NCBI GenBank assembly: GCA_016840035.1
Contig: JAEOTC010000111.1
Location: forward strand, 1 to 64,000
Length of the DNA: 64,000 nt
Source of the DNA: Candidatus Hodarchaeota archaeon
GTDB lineage: Archaea; Asgardarchaeota; Heimdallarchaeia; Hodarchaeales; Hodarchaeaceae
Reading direction: 5' to 3'
The notes under the pieces are model-generated. The model did no database searches and had not been told where the DNA came from. It saw only the letters and a list, made by a program, of their open reading frames with translations. The position numbers and the translations under genes were made by a program. This document shows, in pieces, positions 49,192 through 59,363 of this stretch (position 1 is its first letter; each line of letters starts with the position of its first letter).

Positions 49192-50268
49192 ATGCAAGCT
49201 ATTATGAAGACTAAGGAAGAGAAAGGGTTTGAAATTCGTGAAACGCCGGAACCAGCCATTCAACATGGAAATGAAGTCAAGCTTAAGATTGATGTTTCAA
49301 GTATTTGTGGTACAGATCACCACATGTGGGTTTACGATCAATGGGCCCAAAAACGTCTTCCTCCAGCTATTCCTTTCGTAGCTGGCCATGAAGCTGGATT
49401 AGAAGTTGTGGATATTGGATCTGATGTAAAAAATCTTCAAATAGGGGATAAAGTGAGTCTTGAATGTCATGAGGCATGTGGTACCTGTTATCAATGCAGA
49501 TCAGATCGAATGCACATCTGTAGTAATACCAAGATTTTTGGTGTAGATAAGGACGGTATTTTTGCAGAATATGCTGTTATTCCAGAATTAAATGCAATAA
49601 AGAATGATGATAATCTTGATCCAGCCATTGCTTCTCTTCAGGATCCATTAGGGAATGCAGTACATACCATATTACCGAAGGATAACATAGAAGATATCGC
49701 AGGTAAAAATGTTCTTATCACCGGTGCAGGGCCTATTGGATTAATGGCAATTCCTGTTGTGAAGATGCTTGGAGCAGGTCAAGTATTCGTGACTGCAGGG
49801 GGGAATAATCTACTAAGATTAGAGACTGCGAAAAAACTAGGTGCTGATTTGGTTCTTAATGCCCGTGAAGAAGGAGATAAAATTCCCAAAATCATTAAAG
49901 ATGCCACAGATGGAGTAGGGGTTGATGTTCTTCTTGAAATGGCGGGAAATATTTATGCTCTCAAACATGGTCTAGAAGCACTAACGTATGGAGGTCGAGT
50001 TTCATTACTGGGATTCTTTCCAGGTTCCATTGAATTCGATATTAATTCGCTAATGATTAGTAAGGGAGCGAGTGTCTATGGAATTGCCGGTCGACGTATG
50101 TTCCAAACTTGGCAGGTCATGAAAGGCCTACTAAAGTCAAAAGAATTACAAGATAAATTAAAAAATAATATTATAACACATCGAATTAATATGAGTAATT
50201 GGGAGAAAGGTATGACAGAAATTCACGAAAAACGCGCTATTAAAGTCGTGATGGATCCATTCAAATAA
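49192..50268 (+). CDS. tdh: L-threonine 3-dehydrogenase, Zn-dependent MDR type
   Basis: ICGTD, GHE, CGTCYQC...HIC, DPLGNAVHT, GAGPIG, GIAGRRMFQTW. Confidence 0.85.
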   Translation: MQAIMKTKEEKGFEIRETPEPAIQHGNEVKLKIDVSSICGTDHHMWVYDQWAQKRLPPAIPFVAGHEAGLEVVDIGSDVKNLQIGDKVSLECHEACGTCYQCRSDRMHICSNTKIFGVDKDGIFAEYAVIPELNAIKNDDNLDPAIASLQDPLGNAVHTILPKDNIEDIAGKNVLITGAGPIGLMAIPVVKMLGAGQVFVTAGGNNLLRLETAKKLGADLVLNAREEGDKIPKIIKDATDGVGVDVLLEMAGNIYALKHGLEALTYGGRVSLLGFFPGSIEFDINSLMISKGASVYGIAGRRMFQTWQVMKGLLKSKELQDKLKNNIITHRINMSNWEKGMTEIHEKRAIKVVMDPFK

Positions 50269-50281
50269 AAAGGGACGTTTA

Positions 50282-51244
50282 ATGAACAATATACTTGTCA
50301 CTGGTGCCGCAGGTCAAATAGGTACGGAATTAGTTACTGCTCTACGCCAACGATATGGAAAAGATGCCGTTGTAATTGCTACTGGCCGTCGTACTCAACT
50401 TCCAGCATATATAAAGAATAGTGGCCCTTTCTGCTATTTAAATGTCTTAGACAAGAATCAGATAGAAGAAACAGCCTTTGAAAATAACGTTGATACGATT
50501 TATCATATGGCATCCATTCTAAGTGCTGTTGGAGAACAAAAACCACAACTAGCTTGGGACATCAACATGAATGGTTTGTATAATGTCCTTGAGGTAGCAA
50601 GAACATATGATATCAGTGTCATGTGGCCTTCATCGATTGCTGCATTTGGTCCTGACACCCCCAAAGTGAATACTCCGAATGATACGATTCTACGGCCTAC
50701 GACAATATATGGGGTCTCTAAAGTCGCGGGGGAACTCTTAGCGGAGTATTACTTTCAGAAATTTGGGGTCGATGTACGATCAGTTAGATATCCTGGTATT
50801 ATTAGTAGTGAAACACCTCCAGGCGGTGGAACAACAGATTATGCAGTAGCTATTTATTACGATGCTGTACAAAAGGGTTCGTATTCTTGTTTCGTTAGAG
50901 AGGATACTATTTTACCTATGATGTATATGCCTGATGCAATTAAAGCCTTGGTCGATTTAGCAGAAGCAGATAATTCTAGATTGACACATAGAGTTTACAA
51001 CATTGGATCCATGAGTTTCAGCGCAGGTACTCTTGCAGAATCCATAAAAGAATTGATTCCTGATTTTACGGTTAAATATAAGCCTGATTTCCGTCAAGAG
51101 ATTGCAGATTCATGGCCACAGTCAGTAGATGACTCATTAGCCCGTTCAGAGTGGAACTGGGAACCCAAATATGATTTACACAAGATGACGAAAGAAATGA
51201 TTGGAAAACTTGAAGCAAAGTTTAGTAAAGATAAGGACTTCTAA
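50282..51244 (+). CDS. L-threonine 3-dehydrogenase, SDR (epimerase-like) type
   Basis: GAAGQIG, PSSIAAFGP, YGVSK, PGGGTTDY, LPMMYMPDA, RQEIADSWP. Confidence 0.85.
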   Translation: MNNILVTGAAGQIGTELVTALRQRYGKDAVVIATGRRTQLPAYIKNSGPFCYLNVLDKNQIEETAFENNVDTIYHMASILSAVGEQKPQLAWDINMNGLYNVLEVARTYDISVMWPSSIAAFGPDTPKVNTPNDTILRPTTIYGVSKVAGELLAEYYFQKFGVDVRSVRYPGIISSETPPGGGTTDYAVAIYYDAVQKGSYSCFVREDTILPMMYMPDAIKALVDLAEADNSRLTHRVYNIGSMSFSAGTLAESIKELIPDFTVKYKPDFRQEIADSWPQSVDDSLARSEWNWEPKYDLHKMTKEMIGKLEAKFSKDKDF

Positions 51245-51534
51245 CGACCAAATATTCGTTCTTTCCACCCCTTCTTTCTGAAATGTTTGTGCCACTGTCT
51301 TAGTATCTCATCTGCGCAATCGTATGGCCCAGTAAGAGCATAAAAATCAATGCCAACGTTTACAGCGCATTTATGAAGATATTGTCGGTCAATTTGCGCT
51401 TCTGAAAGATGGATTGTCTTCATTCTTGTGATAGCCTGATAGAAAATTAACTCATATCCCTTTTCAATCCTTCTCATTTCGCAAAAGTAATTTTGACTTG
51501 AGGGCAGTTGAAATCGTATTTTCTCATCAGACAC
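51241..51534 (-). CDS. Hypothetical protein
   Basis: 97-aa ORF filling the gap, convergent with the SDR gene. Confidence 0.5.
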   Translation of the reverse strand: MSDEKIRFQLPSSQNYFCEMRRIEKGYELIFYQAITRMKTIHLSEAQIDRQYLHKCAVNVGIDFYALTGPYDCADEILRQWHKHFRKKGWKERIFGR

Positions 51535-51649
51535 TTGCTTAATCCCGATTTAAATTTCCTTAGTGTTTTTATAATCCTTTCTTATCATATGAATTTATAT
51601 TGAGAGATTTCTTGCATTTGAAGAAATAGAAGGAATGAGGGCAAATTTG

Positions 51650-53107
51650 CTATAAATTCGCTTCATTCTTTCCTTCCATCAAAGGATATTTTCGGAATAA
51701 TAATGCACCGAGAATTAGAATGACTCCCGCTACTGGCCCAACTAATAGTAAGCCAGCTGGTCCCGTATTCAATAAACCTGATTCTGTGGTAAACGTTTCT
51801 GAGAAATACTCTCTTCCAAACAATGTTAAGAGGATTCCTAAAATAAGATCACCTGCTGCAGCAAAAAACCAGTCTACTACTCCTTGAGCAGCAAAATACA
51901 TTGATTCTCTTCTCTGTCCTGTCAATTTTTCGTCATAGTCGATAACATCAGAGAATACAGAATAGCCCAATACCATTACACCCCCAACAGGGATTCCTAC
52001 AATTATAATTGTTAATAAAGTCTGGAAGAGAGTAAAATTTTTCCATCCGTCACTGGTTACTACTTGTAGAGTGTCATCAGCTGTAACAGTAAATGATACG
52101 GAATTTTCTGGGGTTATAAATGGAATTTGGCCTAGAAATATGATAAGCCAAGTTAGGATGCCAAATGAGAGACAGCAATAGTAGTATAATTTGGCTTTTC
52201 CGACACGTTTGGATAATATTGTAATAAAAGGAATAGAGGCAATAGCTGAAATTACAAATATTCCAGATATTAAGGAGACAAGAATATCATCTGGGGCCAA
52301 TCCAAGATAATCCTGAGCAATCATTGGGAGAGCTGCAAGTAACATTGATTCAGCTAACATTAGTGTACTTACCGTTGCTAAATAACTTGGAAAAAAACTT
52401 TTATTCCTAAAAGTCTGTTTAAGAGATTCAATCATTCCGAAATGAGCGGGTACAACGTTAGGATTTTCTTTAACCCCGAAAAATACCACAACCATTCCTA
52501 TAAATGTTAATACTGCAACTGGTAGGGTGGCATAAAAGGCTGTTATTTTTGAATCTCCTCCTGGTGTATCAAAAACTCCTCGGAGAATTGGGAACAATAA
52601 AATCCCCAGTATGGTTCCCAGGAGTACAAAAAAAGTTCTAAGTGAATTATATGTAGTTCTTTGATATTTCTCTGTGGCTATTTCAGGAAGGAGAGCAAGA
52701 TAAGGATTAACCACAGCCGCATTAGTCCATCGAAAACCCCCATAACTAATCAATAACCAAACTAAGATCATTAATGTATCGTCGAAAGGACATGCAAAAG
52801 TCAAAGCGAAAAAGAAAACCCAGACAGGAGTTAGGAAGAAGAAGGGCCGCCTTCTACCAAATCGAGTTTTCAAATTATCAGAAAATCGTGCCACAGGAAC
52901 ATTTATTAGTCCTTCACTAAGCTTGGCAGAGAATGTAACCCCAGTTACAAAGAGCGCATCAAAATTAGATGGGGTTATAAGTACTTCCTTCAAATAAAAG
53001 CCAATTACGAATACATTTAATATATTCGACATCATTGTGCTTCCAAAATTGCCAAAAGCCCATGAAAAACCCTGTAAACGTCGTGGTATATATTCAGCAA
53101 CAGTCAT
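51650..53107 (-). CDS. MFS transporter, GPH (MelB-like) sugar:cation symporter family
   Basis: SDNLKTRFGRRRPF, PYLALLPEI, SDVIDYDEKLTGQRRE. Confidence 0.9.
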   Translation of the reverse strand: MTVAEYIPRRLQGFSWAFGNFGSTMMSNILNVFVIGFYLKEVLITPSNFDALFVTGVTFSAKLSEGLINVPVARFSDNLKTRFGRRRPFFFLTPVWVFFFALTFACPFDDTLMILVWLLISYGGFRWTNAAVVNPYLALLPEIATEKYQRTTYNSLRTFFVLLGTILGILLFPILRGVFDTPGGDSKITAFYATLPVAVLTFIGMVVVFFGVKENPNVVPAHFGMIESLKQTFRNKSFFPSYLATVSTLMLAESMLLAALPMIAQDYLGLAPDDILVSLISGIFVISAIASIPFITILSKRVGKAKLYYYCCLSFGILTWLIIFLGQIPFITPENSVSFTVTADDTLQVVTSDGWKNFTLFQTLLTIIIVGIPVGGVMVLGYSVFSDVIDYDEKLTGQRRESMYFAAQGVVDWFFAAAGDLILGILLTLFGREYFSETFTTESGLLNTGPAGLLLVGPVAGVILILGALLFRKYPLMEGKNEANL

Positions 53108-53256
53108 TTTTGATTCACCAAAGAAATCATTAAGTAAAAATATGACCTACATGGATCGGTTAAATAAATTTTCATCAAACTTCATCCCTTCCAGTTGTTT
53201 CTTCCCCTATGATTATTTTAAAAGAAGATAATTAAAATACTCAATAATCCTTTAAG

Positions 53257-53796
53257 TTGAGTAGAATGAAATTTCAACAAATCATAACCTTGTTGAAAAA
53301 GTGTAGGATTGAGGGAGGATTTTGGATCGATGCAGGATGTGGGAATGGAACCTTTACCTTCCCTTTAGCTACTTTAGCTGATAGGGTACTTGCCATTGAC
53401 AAGAATAAGGATAATTTAAGTTATTTAAATTCGAAAATATCTACTGAAACAAATATATTCACACAACAAGTCAATTTTAACAAACCGAAATGGTATGATC
53501 AGTTAGTTGATGGAATTTTTTTTGGATTTTCACTCCATTATCACCCAGTTCACAAAATTGCTTTAGAAAATGCGTTTAATCAACTTAAAACGGGAGGAAA
53601 TATTATTATCTTTGAATATGCCTCAAAAAAACCTGTATCATGGGTTCCCTATCCATTACCTGTAGAGGAATTGACCTCAATCTTTAGTGAGCTTTCATTT
53701 ACGAATATAAAATTAGTTGATACTCTCCCATCACGTAGGAGAAGCCCTTTTTGGGATAACGGATCCTACCTTTTAAGAGCCGAAAAAACTCAATGA
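53257..53796 (+). CDS. Class I SAM-dependent methyltransferase
   Basis: IDAGCGNG, AID, SLHY, LKTGG. Confidence 0.85.
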   Translation: MSRMKFQQIITLLKKCRIEGGFWIDAGCGNGTFTFPLATLADRVLAIDKNKDNLSYLNSKISTETNIFTQQVNFNKPKWYDQLVDGIFFGFSLHYHPVHKIALENAFNQLKTGGNIIIFEYASKKPVSWVPYPLPVEELTSIFSELSFTNIKLVDTLPSRRRSPFWDNGSYLLRAEKTQ

Positions 53797-53957
53797 CAGA
53801 AAATTCTGTTTAATCTGTTCAGGAAAATTGCCTTTTGACAGATTACTATCCATTAAAGAGTAAATTCTTATTAAGTAAGGAAAATATTTTCTATTATCCT
53901 TTCTGTTTTATTAGTACTCTTTAAGCCTATTAATCATCAAATAATGGAGAATAAACC

Positions 53958-56075
53958 ATGAATAGACTTCCTGAAAGAATTAAATATCTACAAACTTTAG
54001 CTGAGAACCTGATTTGGGTATGGAAACCTAAGGCGCGTGAATTATTCAAAATCTTGGATCATCCTGCATGGCACTCAACTGGTCACAATCCTGTTCATAT
54101 GTTACAGATTATCCCCCAAGAAAGACTTAATGCAGCTGCTGAAGATCCTTCATTCTTAAAAAAATATGACTCTATGGTTCACACATTTCAGGAAATCTTA
54201 GAAACTCAGGATACATGGTTTTCCAAACAACATCCAGACTATAAAGGGAAAATTGCATATCTATCAACTGAATACGGATTGCATCAATCTTTACCTATCT
54301 ATTCTGGAGGCTTGGGAATTCTAAGTGGAGATCATGTTAAAGAAAGTAGCGATCTCGGTCTTCCTTTTGTGGGACTTGGTTTTATTTATCCTCAGGGTTA
54401 CTTTAAACAGACAATTCCACGAAATGGATGGCAACAAGCTGATTATCACTATCTTGATTTCTCAAAATCACCAATTAAACCTGTTCCAGAAAACGGTGAT
54501 ACCCAACTAATTATTGAACTTAAGTATCCTACTTCTCTTTTCCTTCGCGTTTGGACAATGAAAGTCGGTAGAACTCCATTATATTTAATGGACACCGATA
54601 TAGAACAGAATCAGCCTTGGGATAGAGGATTGTCTGCTCGTTTATATGGGGGAGATCGGGAAATGCGTATCCGTCAAGAAATCGTTTTAGGTTTCGGTGC
54701 ACTAAAAATTCTCTCACATTTTGGCTTTAACCCGGATATTTATCACCTAAATGAAGGTCATACTTCTTTTGCTACCCTAGAACTAATTCGAAGAGAAATG
54801 CTTGATAACGGACTGACTTTTAAGGAAGCAAAGGACGAAGTTCGGAAGAAAATAGTATTTACTACCCATACACCTGTGAGTGCCGGTCATGATCAATTTT
54901 CCTTTGCTCTAGTGGCTAAATATTTCCAGAATTATTGGGAATCGTTAAATATCAGCCGTGAGGACTTTTTATCCCTTGGTGCGTTTGACTGGGGTCACGG
55001 TCAGGGGCCACGATTCAATATGACAACTCTGGGTATCCGAATGAGTCGGTATCAAAATGCAGTTTCAAGACTGAATGGTGAAGTTAGTCGTGAGATGTGG
55101 AAAAATCTCTATTCCAACCCAGAATTCCATTCTCGTCCACCGTTATCATATGTAACGAATGGTGTTCATGTTCCCACATGGGTAAGTGGACCTTTTCAGA
55201 ATCTCTATAGACGATACTTAGGGAAGAATTGGTCCCGACAACAGGATAATCCTGATATTTGGGAAAAAATCGATGACATTCCAAATACCGAACTCTGGAA
55301 AACCCGTCTTGAAGCTCGTAAGCGTATGTTTTCATTCTTACGAGAAAGGACGCGTGCTCACCGTATTCAAGGTGATCGTGATTCACGATTAACACTTGCA
55401 GGAGGAGCTTTGCTTGATCCAGAAGCTTTAACCATTGGTTTCGCCAGACGCTTTGCCACTTACAAACGAGCGGGATTAATATTCCAAGATATTCAGAGAA
55501 TCAAAGCTAATTTGCTAGATCCTTATACTCCTGTACAGATCATCTTTGCTGGAAAAGCTCATCCACAGGATGACGCTGGAAAACATGTCCTTCAGGGGAT
55601 CTTCAAAAAGGTTGTTTCTGGGGAGTATGGCGGAAGAATTGCATTTATTGAGGATTATGATATGCAAATCGGGAGATATTTAGTCCAGGGATGTGATGTT
55701 TGGTTGAATACACCTGAAAAACCAATGGAGGCATCTGGAACTTCTGGTATGAAAGCAGCTATGAATGGAGTTGTAAACTTCTCGATTTTGGATGGTTGGT
55801 GGCCTGAAGGGTATCGAGGTAGCAACGGTTATGTGATTGGGGGACAAGAGTTCTCAGATTACGAAGAGCAAAATAGATATGATGCCGAAAGTCTTTACAA
55901 GATCCTTGAATCTGAGATTCGACCAATGTTTTACAAGCGAAATGCTGAGAATATTCCAGTAGAATGGTGTGAAGTTATTAAGAACTCAATCAAGACTGTT
56001 ACTCCGCAGTTTTCGGCCCGAAGAATGCTCAAAGAATATGTACAAAATGCTTATCTACCAGAAAAAGCAGATTAA
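53958..56075 (+). CDS. glgP: Alpha-glucan (glycogen/maltodextrin) phosphorylase
   Basis: YSGGLGILSGD, HLNEGH, TNGVH, FARRFATYKR, EASGTSGMK. Confidence 0.95.
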   Translation: MNRLPERIKYLQTLAENLIWVWKPKARELFKILDHPAWHSTGHNPVHMLQIIPQERLNAAAEDPSFLKKYDSMVHTFQEILETQDTWFSKQHPDYKGKIAYLSTEYGLHQSLPIYSGGLGILSGDHVKESSDLGLPFVGLGFIYPQGYFKQTIPRNGWQQADYHYLDFSKSPIKPVPENGDTQLIIELKYPTSLFLRVWTMKVGRTPLYLMDTDIEQNQPWDRGLSARLYGGDREMRIRQEIVLGFGALKILSHFGFNPDIYHLNEGHTSFATLELIRREMLDNGLTFKEAKDEVRKKIVFTTHTPVSAGHDQFSFALVAKYFQNYWESLNISREDFLSLGAFDWGHGQGPRFNMTTLGIRMSRYQNAVSRLNGEVSREMWKNLYSNPEFHSRPPLSYVTNGVHVPTWVSGPFQNLYRRYLGKNWSRQQDNPDIWEKIDDIPNTELWKTRLEARKRMFSFLRERTRAHRIQGDRDSRLTLAGGALLDPEALTIGFARRFATYKRAGLIFQDIQRIKANLLDPYTPVQIIFAGKAHPQDDAGKHVLQGIFKKVVSGEYGGRIAFIEDYDMQIGRYLVQGCDVWLNTPEKPMEASGTSGMKAAMNGVVNFSILDGWWPEGYRGSNGYVIGGQEFSDYEEQNRYDAESLYKILESEIRPMFYKRNAENIPVEWCEVIKNSIKTVTPQFSARRMLKEYVQNAYLPEKAD

Positions 56076-56095
56076 TATTCCTATTTGATCGATTT

Positions 56096-56686
56096 TTATT
56101 CTAACATGGCTAGAGCATTATCTTGCCATGTTTTAATCTGGGCATCAGATTTGCGTCCAATAAGGGTTGCAATCTCCTGACTGTGTTTTCCTAAAAGATC
56201 ATTAATGGTATTGATTCCAGCAGTAGTTAGCTTGTCAAAGGCTGCTTTTCCGATTCCCTTAACTTCTTGAACAGATGTTTCTTTTGTGAATTTAGGAGAG
56301 GGTTTTGAAACAGGTTTTACTTCTGGTTCAGCGATCGGTTCAGGTTTAGGCTCAACTTTGGGTTTGACAACTTTTTTAACAGGAGCAGCTTTCTTTTTGG
56401 GTTTTGGAGCTACAACTGGTTTTTCTTTTCGTGGTTTTGGCTTAGGAATAGCAATAGTCGAGGGGGTTTTCGTTAAAATTTTGCCAGTTTCCATGCATAT
56501 CCAGATATGTTGCATTTTTTCGGCACTCGGTAAATATCGTTCTCCTAGATCATAAATTGCCCCAGGACAAGACTCCTTGTGGTTTACTTTTGAGACTCTG
56601 TATTTTTTCGGAACGTGCTTTTTAAGCCATCGTTTTCCAATAATGTATTCTTCACCAGGTTTACCAAGCGTCTGTTTCCATGACAT
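56096..56686 (-). CDS. Protein with Lys/Pro-rich linker and C-terminal helix-hairpin-helix (DUF4332/HhH_5-like) domain
   Basis: VQEVKGIGKAAFDKLTTAGINTINDLL. Confidence 0.7.
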   Translation of the reverse strand: MSWKQTLGKPGEEYIIGKRWLKKHVPKKYRVSKVNHKESCPGAIYDLGERYLPSAEKMQHIWICMETGKILTKTPSTIAIPKPKPRKEKPVVAPKPKKKAAPVKKVVKPKVEPKPEPIAEPEVKPVSKPSPKFTKETSVQEVKGIGKAAFDKLTTAGINTINDLLGKHSQEIATLIGRKSDAQIKTWQDNALAMLE

Positions 56687-56843
56687 ACAATCAAATCCAA
56701 GAAATTCTAAGTATTAAAATTGGTTTATTTTGAAATTAACCTTGTTTCAATCCTCTGTTCTTTACGTTTTTTACGATTATTCTTCCTCCTTTTAGTTTCG
56801 AGTTAATTAGTTTCATAAATAATTGAAATACTCAGTATTTATC

Positions 56844-57827
56844 ATGTCTGATAGGAAAAAAGTAGGAGTTTTCTGTTCAGGAGGGGATGCACCAGGAATG
56901 AACGCTGCATTACGGTCTATAGTCCGAAGAGGGATCGCTCAAGGGTTAAATATTGTAGCAATCCATCGAGGTTATAAGGGAATTCTCGATGAAGCATTTG
57001 AAAAGATGATTCCTCGTTCAGTAGGAAACATCATCCAGACTGGGGGGACTGTTATCAAAACAGCAAGATGTGAGCGCTTTTACAAAGAGGAAGGAGTACG
57101 TCAAGCTGCTGAAATACTTAAGAGCTATGAATTTGATGGATTAATTGCTATTGGAGGAGATGGAACTTTTCGTGGGTTATTAGAACTCCAGAAAGTCTGG
57201 GATGGGCAGATAATCGGTATTCCAGGCACAATTGACAATGATATTTATGGTACAGATTATACAATAGGGTTTGATACTGCTATAGATACCGCCATTCAAG
57301 CTCTTGATAGAATCCGGGATACTGCAGATTCCCATGAGCGTGTATTTATTGTTGAGGTGATGGGACGACATTCTGGATTTATTGCGTTAAAAGTTGGCAT
57401 TGGTAGTGGTGCAGAGGAAATACTTATCCCTGAGGATGAACCCATAGACCTAAAAGCTGTTGCTAAACGAATAAAGGATGCAAGAGACAGAGGAAAGACG
57501 AGCTTGATAATTATTGTAGCAGAAGGTGTCAGTAAACCAGATATATTCACTTTTTGTAAAAAACTAACAACACAACCTGGACTGGAGTTTTCGACACATA
57601 TCTCCATTCTGGGCCATTTACAACGTGGAGGTTCACCAAGTGCAGTTGATAGATGGAATGCAACCCGAATGGGAGCTTATGCCGTAGACTGCATACTCGG
57701 AGGAGATTCTGGTATTATGGTGGGAGAACAGAATCTGAAGTTAGTTAAGGTACCCCTGAAAGATACACAGAAGAAAAAATCAATTGATCGGTATGCCCAT
57801 TCATTAATTCGGGATTTAGCTATTTAA
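56844..57827 (+). CDS. pfkA: ATP-dependent 6-phosphofructokinase, bacterial type
   Basis: SGGDAPGMN, GGDGT, PGTIDND, EVMGR, LGHLQRGG. Confidence 0.93.
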   Translation: MSDRKKVGVFCSGGDAPGMNAALRSIVRRGIAQGLNIVAIHRGYKGILDEAFEKMIPRSVGNIIQTGGTVIKTARCERFYKEEGVRQAAEILKSYEFDGLIAIGGDGTFRGLLELQKVWDGQIIGIPGTIDNDIYGTDYTIGFDTAIDTAIQALDRIRDTADSHERVFIVEVMGRHSGFIALKVGIGSGAEEILIPEDEPIDLKAVAKRIKDARDRGKTSLIIIVAEGVSKPDIFTFCKKLTTQPGLEFSTHISILGHLQRGGSPSAVDRWNATRMGAYAVDCILGGDSGIMVGEQNLKLVKVPLKDTQKKKSIDRYAHSLIRDLAI

Positions 57828-57838
57828 TTCTTTCAATA

Positions 57839-58576
57839 CTAGTCAATCACGCTAACTTTCTTGATGCCTAAATAGTGTTCTTGAATTTTTGGGGAATTTA
57901 AGAGTTCCTTAGAGGGTCCTTCATGCACCTTCTTACCAATAGCAAGCACATATCCTCTGTCACTAATTTTTAGACTTTGTTTGGCATTCTGTTCTACAAG
58001 AAGAATAGTAGTCCCTGAATCTCGAATTTCGATTAACTTTTTCAGGATTTCTCGAACAAGCTTAGGTGCTAACGCTGCTGTAGGTTCATCTAGACAAAGC
58101 AGTTCTGGTTTATTAACCATAGCACGTGCTAATGCAAGCATTTGACGCTCTCCACCTGAGAGATTACTTGCTTTTTCGGAATCACGTCCTTTAATCCCAG
58201 GAAAAAGATCATATAGCTCTGAATACGAATATCTGTCTTTTGATGGCAAATAAGCACCCATTTCCAGATTTTCCTGTACAGTCAATGCTCTAAATACATT
58301 ATTCAATTGGGGGACGTATCCAATACCTAGTTTTGCAATTTTATTTGCAGACTTACCTTCTACACGACGGTTTTTGAACGATATTGTACCATCAAATGGT
58401 TTTAGGAATCCTACGATCGTTTTCATTAAAGTGGATTTACCTGATCCATTTGGTCCTATAATGGATACAAATTCTCCCTTTTCAACATTTATAGAAATGC
58501 TGTCAATAATAATAGCCTTATCATACCCTCCAGTTACGTCGGAAACTTCTAAAAACACTTTACTCACCCTCATCAC
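57839..58576 (-). CDS. livF: Branched-chain amino acid ABC transporter ATPase
   Basis: GPNGSGKS, LSGGERQM, LDEP, VEQNA. Confidence 0.88.
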   Translation of the reverse strand: MMRVSKVFLEVSDVTGGYDKAIIIDSISINVEKGEFVSIIGPNGSGKSTLMKTIVGFLKPFDGTISFKNRRVEGKSANKIAKLGIGYVPQLNNVFRALTVQENLEMGAYLPSKDRYSYSELYDLFPGIKGRDSEKASNLSGGERQMLALARAMVNKPELLCLDEPTAALAPKLVREILKKLIEIRDSGTTILLVEQNAKQSLKISDRGYVLAIGKKVHEGPSKELLNSPKIQEHYLGIKKVSVID

Positions 58577-59363
58577 CTAGATATGCATCTAGAACATTGG
58601 GATTCTCTTGGATTTCTTTTGGAGACCCATCTGCAATGATTTCTCCCTTACTTAAGACAAAAACATGATCACTGGATTCCATGATAACATCCATGTTATG
58701 TTCTACAATGAAAAAGGTTGTTGATTCCTTTCTAAGTTGGTCGATTTTTTCAAATATCCGGTTTGATAAAACTGGATTGACACCGGCAACGGGTTCATCT
58801 AATAGGATTACCTTTCCAGAAGTCATCAATGCTCTTCCCAAGGCTAATAGTTTACGCTGTCCCCCGCTTAGCACTTCAGCTTTTTCCTTTGCTAGATGAG
58901 ATATTTCTAAAAAGTCGAGTATCTCCATTGCTTTCTTAGCAAACGTAAGTTCTTCTTCCTCCCAAGTAGATTTATGGAGTAACTTCCTAAAAACATCTAC
59001 TAGTACTTTTTTTAAATTCTCACCTGGATGAAACTGTGATGCGATAAGCATGTTTTCTAGGACGGTCAATTTCGGGAAAATTTGAGTAACTTGGAAGGTA
59101 CGTACTAATCCTTCCCGAGCAAGTAAATGCATCTTTTGGTCATTGATGATTTTTCCTTCAAAAAGGATATTACCAGTAGTCTCTTCATCCTGGGATATGA
59201 CATTTGTTATCAAATTGAATAATGTACTCTTACCTGACCCATTAGGACCTATTAATCCAATAATTTGTTGTTTTTTCAGAGTTACACTCACGTTTTTTAA
59301 CGCTTGAAGTCCACTGAAATTTTTATTTACATTTTGAGTTTCTAATACTGCGATTTTAATCAC
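58560..59363 (-). CDS. livG: Branched-chain amino acid ABC transporter ATPase
   Basis: GPNGSGKS, RTFQ, LSGGQRK, DEPVAGVNP, EHNM, AYLG. Confidence 0.88.
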   Translation of the reverse strand: MIKIAVLETQNVNKNFSGLQALKNVSVTLKKQQIIGLIGPNGSGKSTLFNLITNVISQDEETTGNILFEGKIINDQKMHLLAREGLVRTFQVTQIFPKLTVLENMLIASQFHPGENLKKVLVDVFRKLLHKSTWEEEELTFAKKAMEILDFLEISHLAKEKAEVLSGGQRKLLALGRALMTSGKVILLDEPVAGVNPVLSNRIFEKIDQLRKESTTFFIVEHNMDVIMESSDHVFVLSKGEIIADGSPKEIQENPNVLDAYLGDEGE

